From NCBI GenBank assembly GCA_002633005.1, contig NMRA01000425.1, positions 336,333 to 400,332 on the forward strand: a DNA stretch of 64,000 bases, given 5' to 3'. Positions within the stretch are counted from its first letter, which is position 1. The number at the start of each line of letters is the position of its first letter. Made by a program: the position numbers and the translations under genes. Below, piece by piece: positions 63,387 through 64,000 of the stretch. The notes below the pieces were generated by a model, which made no database searches, was not told the DNA's origin, and worked only from the letters and a program-made list of their open reading frames with translations. Origin of the DNA: Phoronis australis (lineage: Eukaryota > Animalia > Phoronida).

Positions 63387-64000
63387 CTAAGAGGAGATAT
63401 GTTACGCGTTACACTATAGCATGATATGGGAGTTCTGATTAAACACAACTAGAACACATTAGAGCCCTCTCCCACAGTGTGATTTTTGAAAATCCTTATT
63501 TCGGCTCACATTTGGGATACTAGTAAAACGATTCGCAATTCATTTTTCCGAAAATCACAGGGTAGGCAACACGTAGCCCTCGGCTGGCTGACAAGAGGCT
63601 ACAATACTCCCATCGGTCTCTGTAGTAATCTCATCCCCATGTATTCTAAACGAGCAGTAGCCTAAATCCGTTAACCTCATCAGAAATACACTTTATACCT
63701 AAAATTGTCACTTAAAAACGTGCTTACTTAACGATCTGGTTCGACGCATACCTTGATATTTAGCATGTCTACTGGAATTATAGTCAGGTGACCTTGGTGA
63801 AGAACTTCAGTTCCATTTTTTTGGTCGCCCTTAACTTTTTCATTGCGTGCGATGATCGTATTTCATTTGAAAATATGTGAGTTACGCCACACCTATAAGC
63901 GTAGCGCGTCACCTAAAGGCACTAACAAATGATATCACCTGAGTTAGGTCACAACTATAAGCCCAGCACGTGACCTAGAGGCAATAACAATTGACATCAC

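Overview
Eukaryotic, AT-rich, intron-rich animal DNA. The repeat families suggest a lophotrochozoan, probably a mollusc (inference). Single Ns at 8559, 15602 and 38725 look like assembly joins. Three spliced genes can be rebuilt by hand with consistent splice phases. (1) The first three coding exons of NDUFS7 (complex I PSST subunit), minus strand, running off the left edge. (2) A compact 3-exon plus-strand gene (22814-26881, 296 aa) encoding signal peptide + PAN/Apple-like domain + TLDc domain, an unusual, apparently secreted TLDc protein and the best novelty candidate. (3) Most of SFI1 (centrin-binding centriolar protein; 26 exons traced, minus strand, 34976-63386), with a U12-type intron. 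The rest is mostly mobile DNA: two Academ-type elements with XPG-like relics (one with TAG..CTA ends and an AGT TSD), a TRIM with tRNA-like LTRs nested in a MITE, a Kolobok-like THAP relic, Helentron-type HINEs, hAT-like MITEs, tRNA-SINE, LINE and Penelope fragments, minisatellites and a long hairpin. All calls come from reading the sequence and recalled family motifs; no searches were run.
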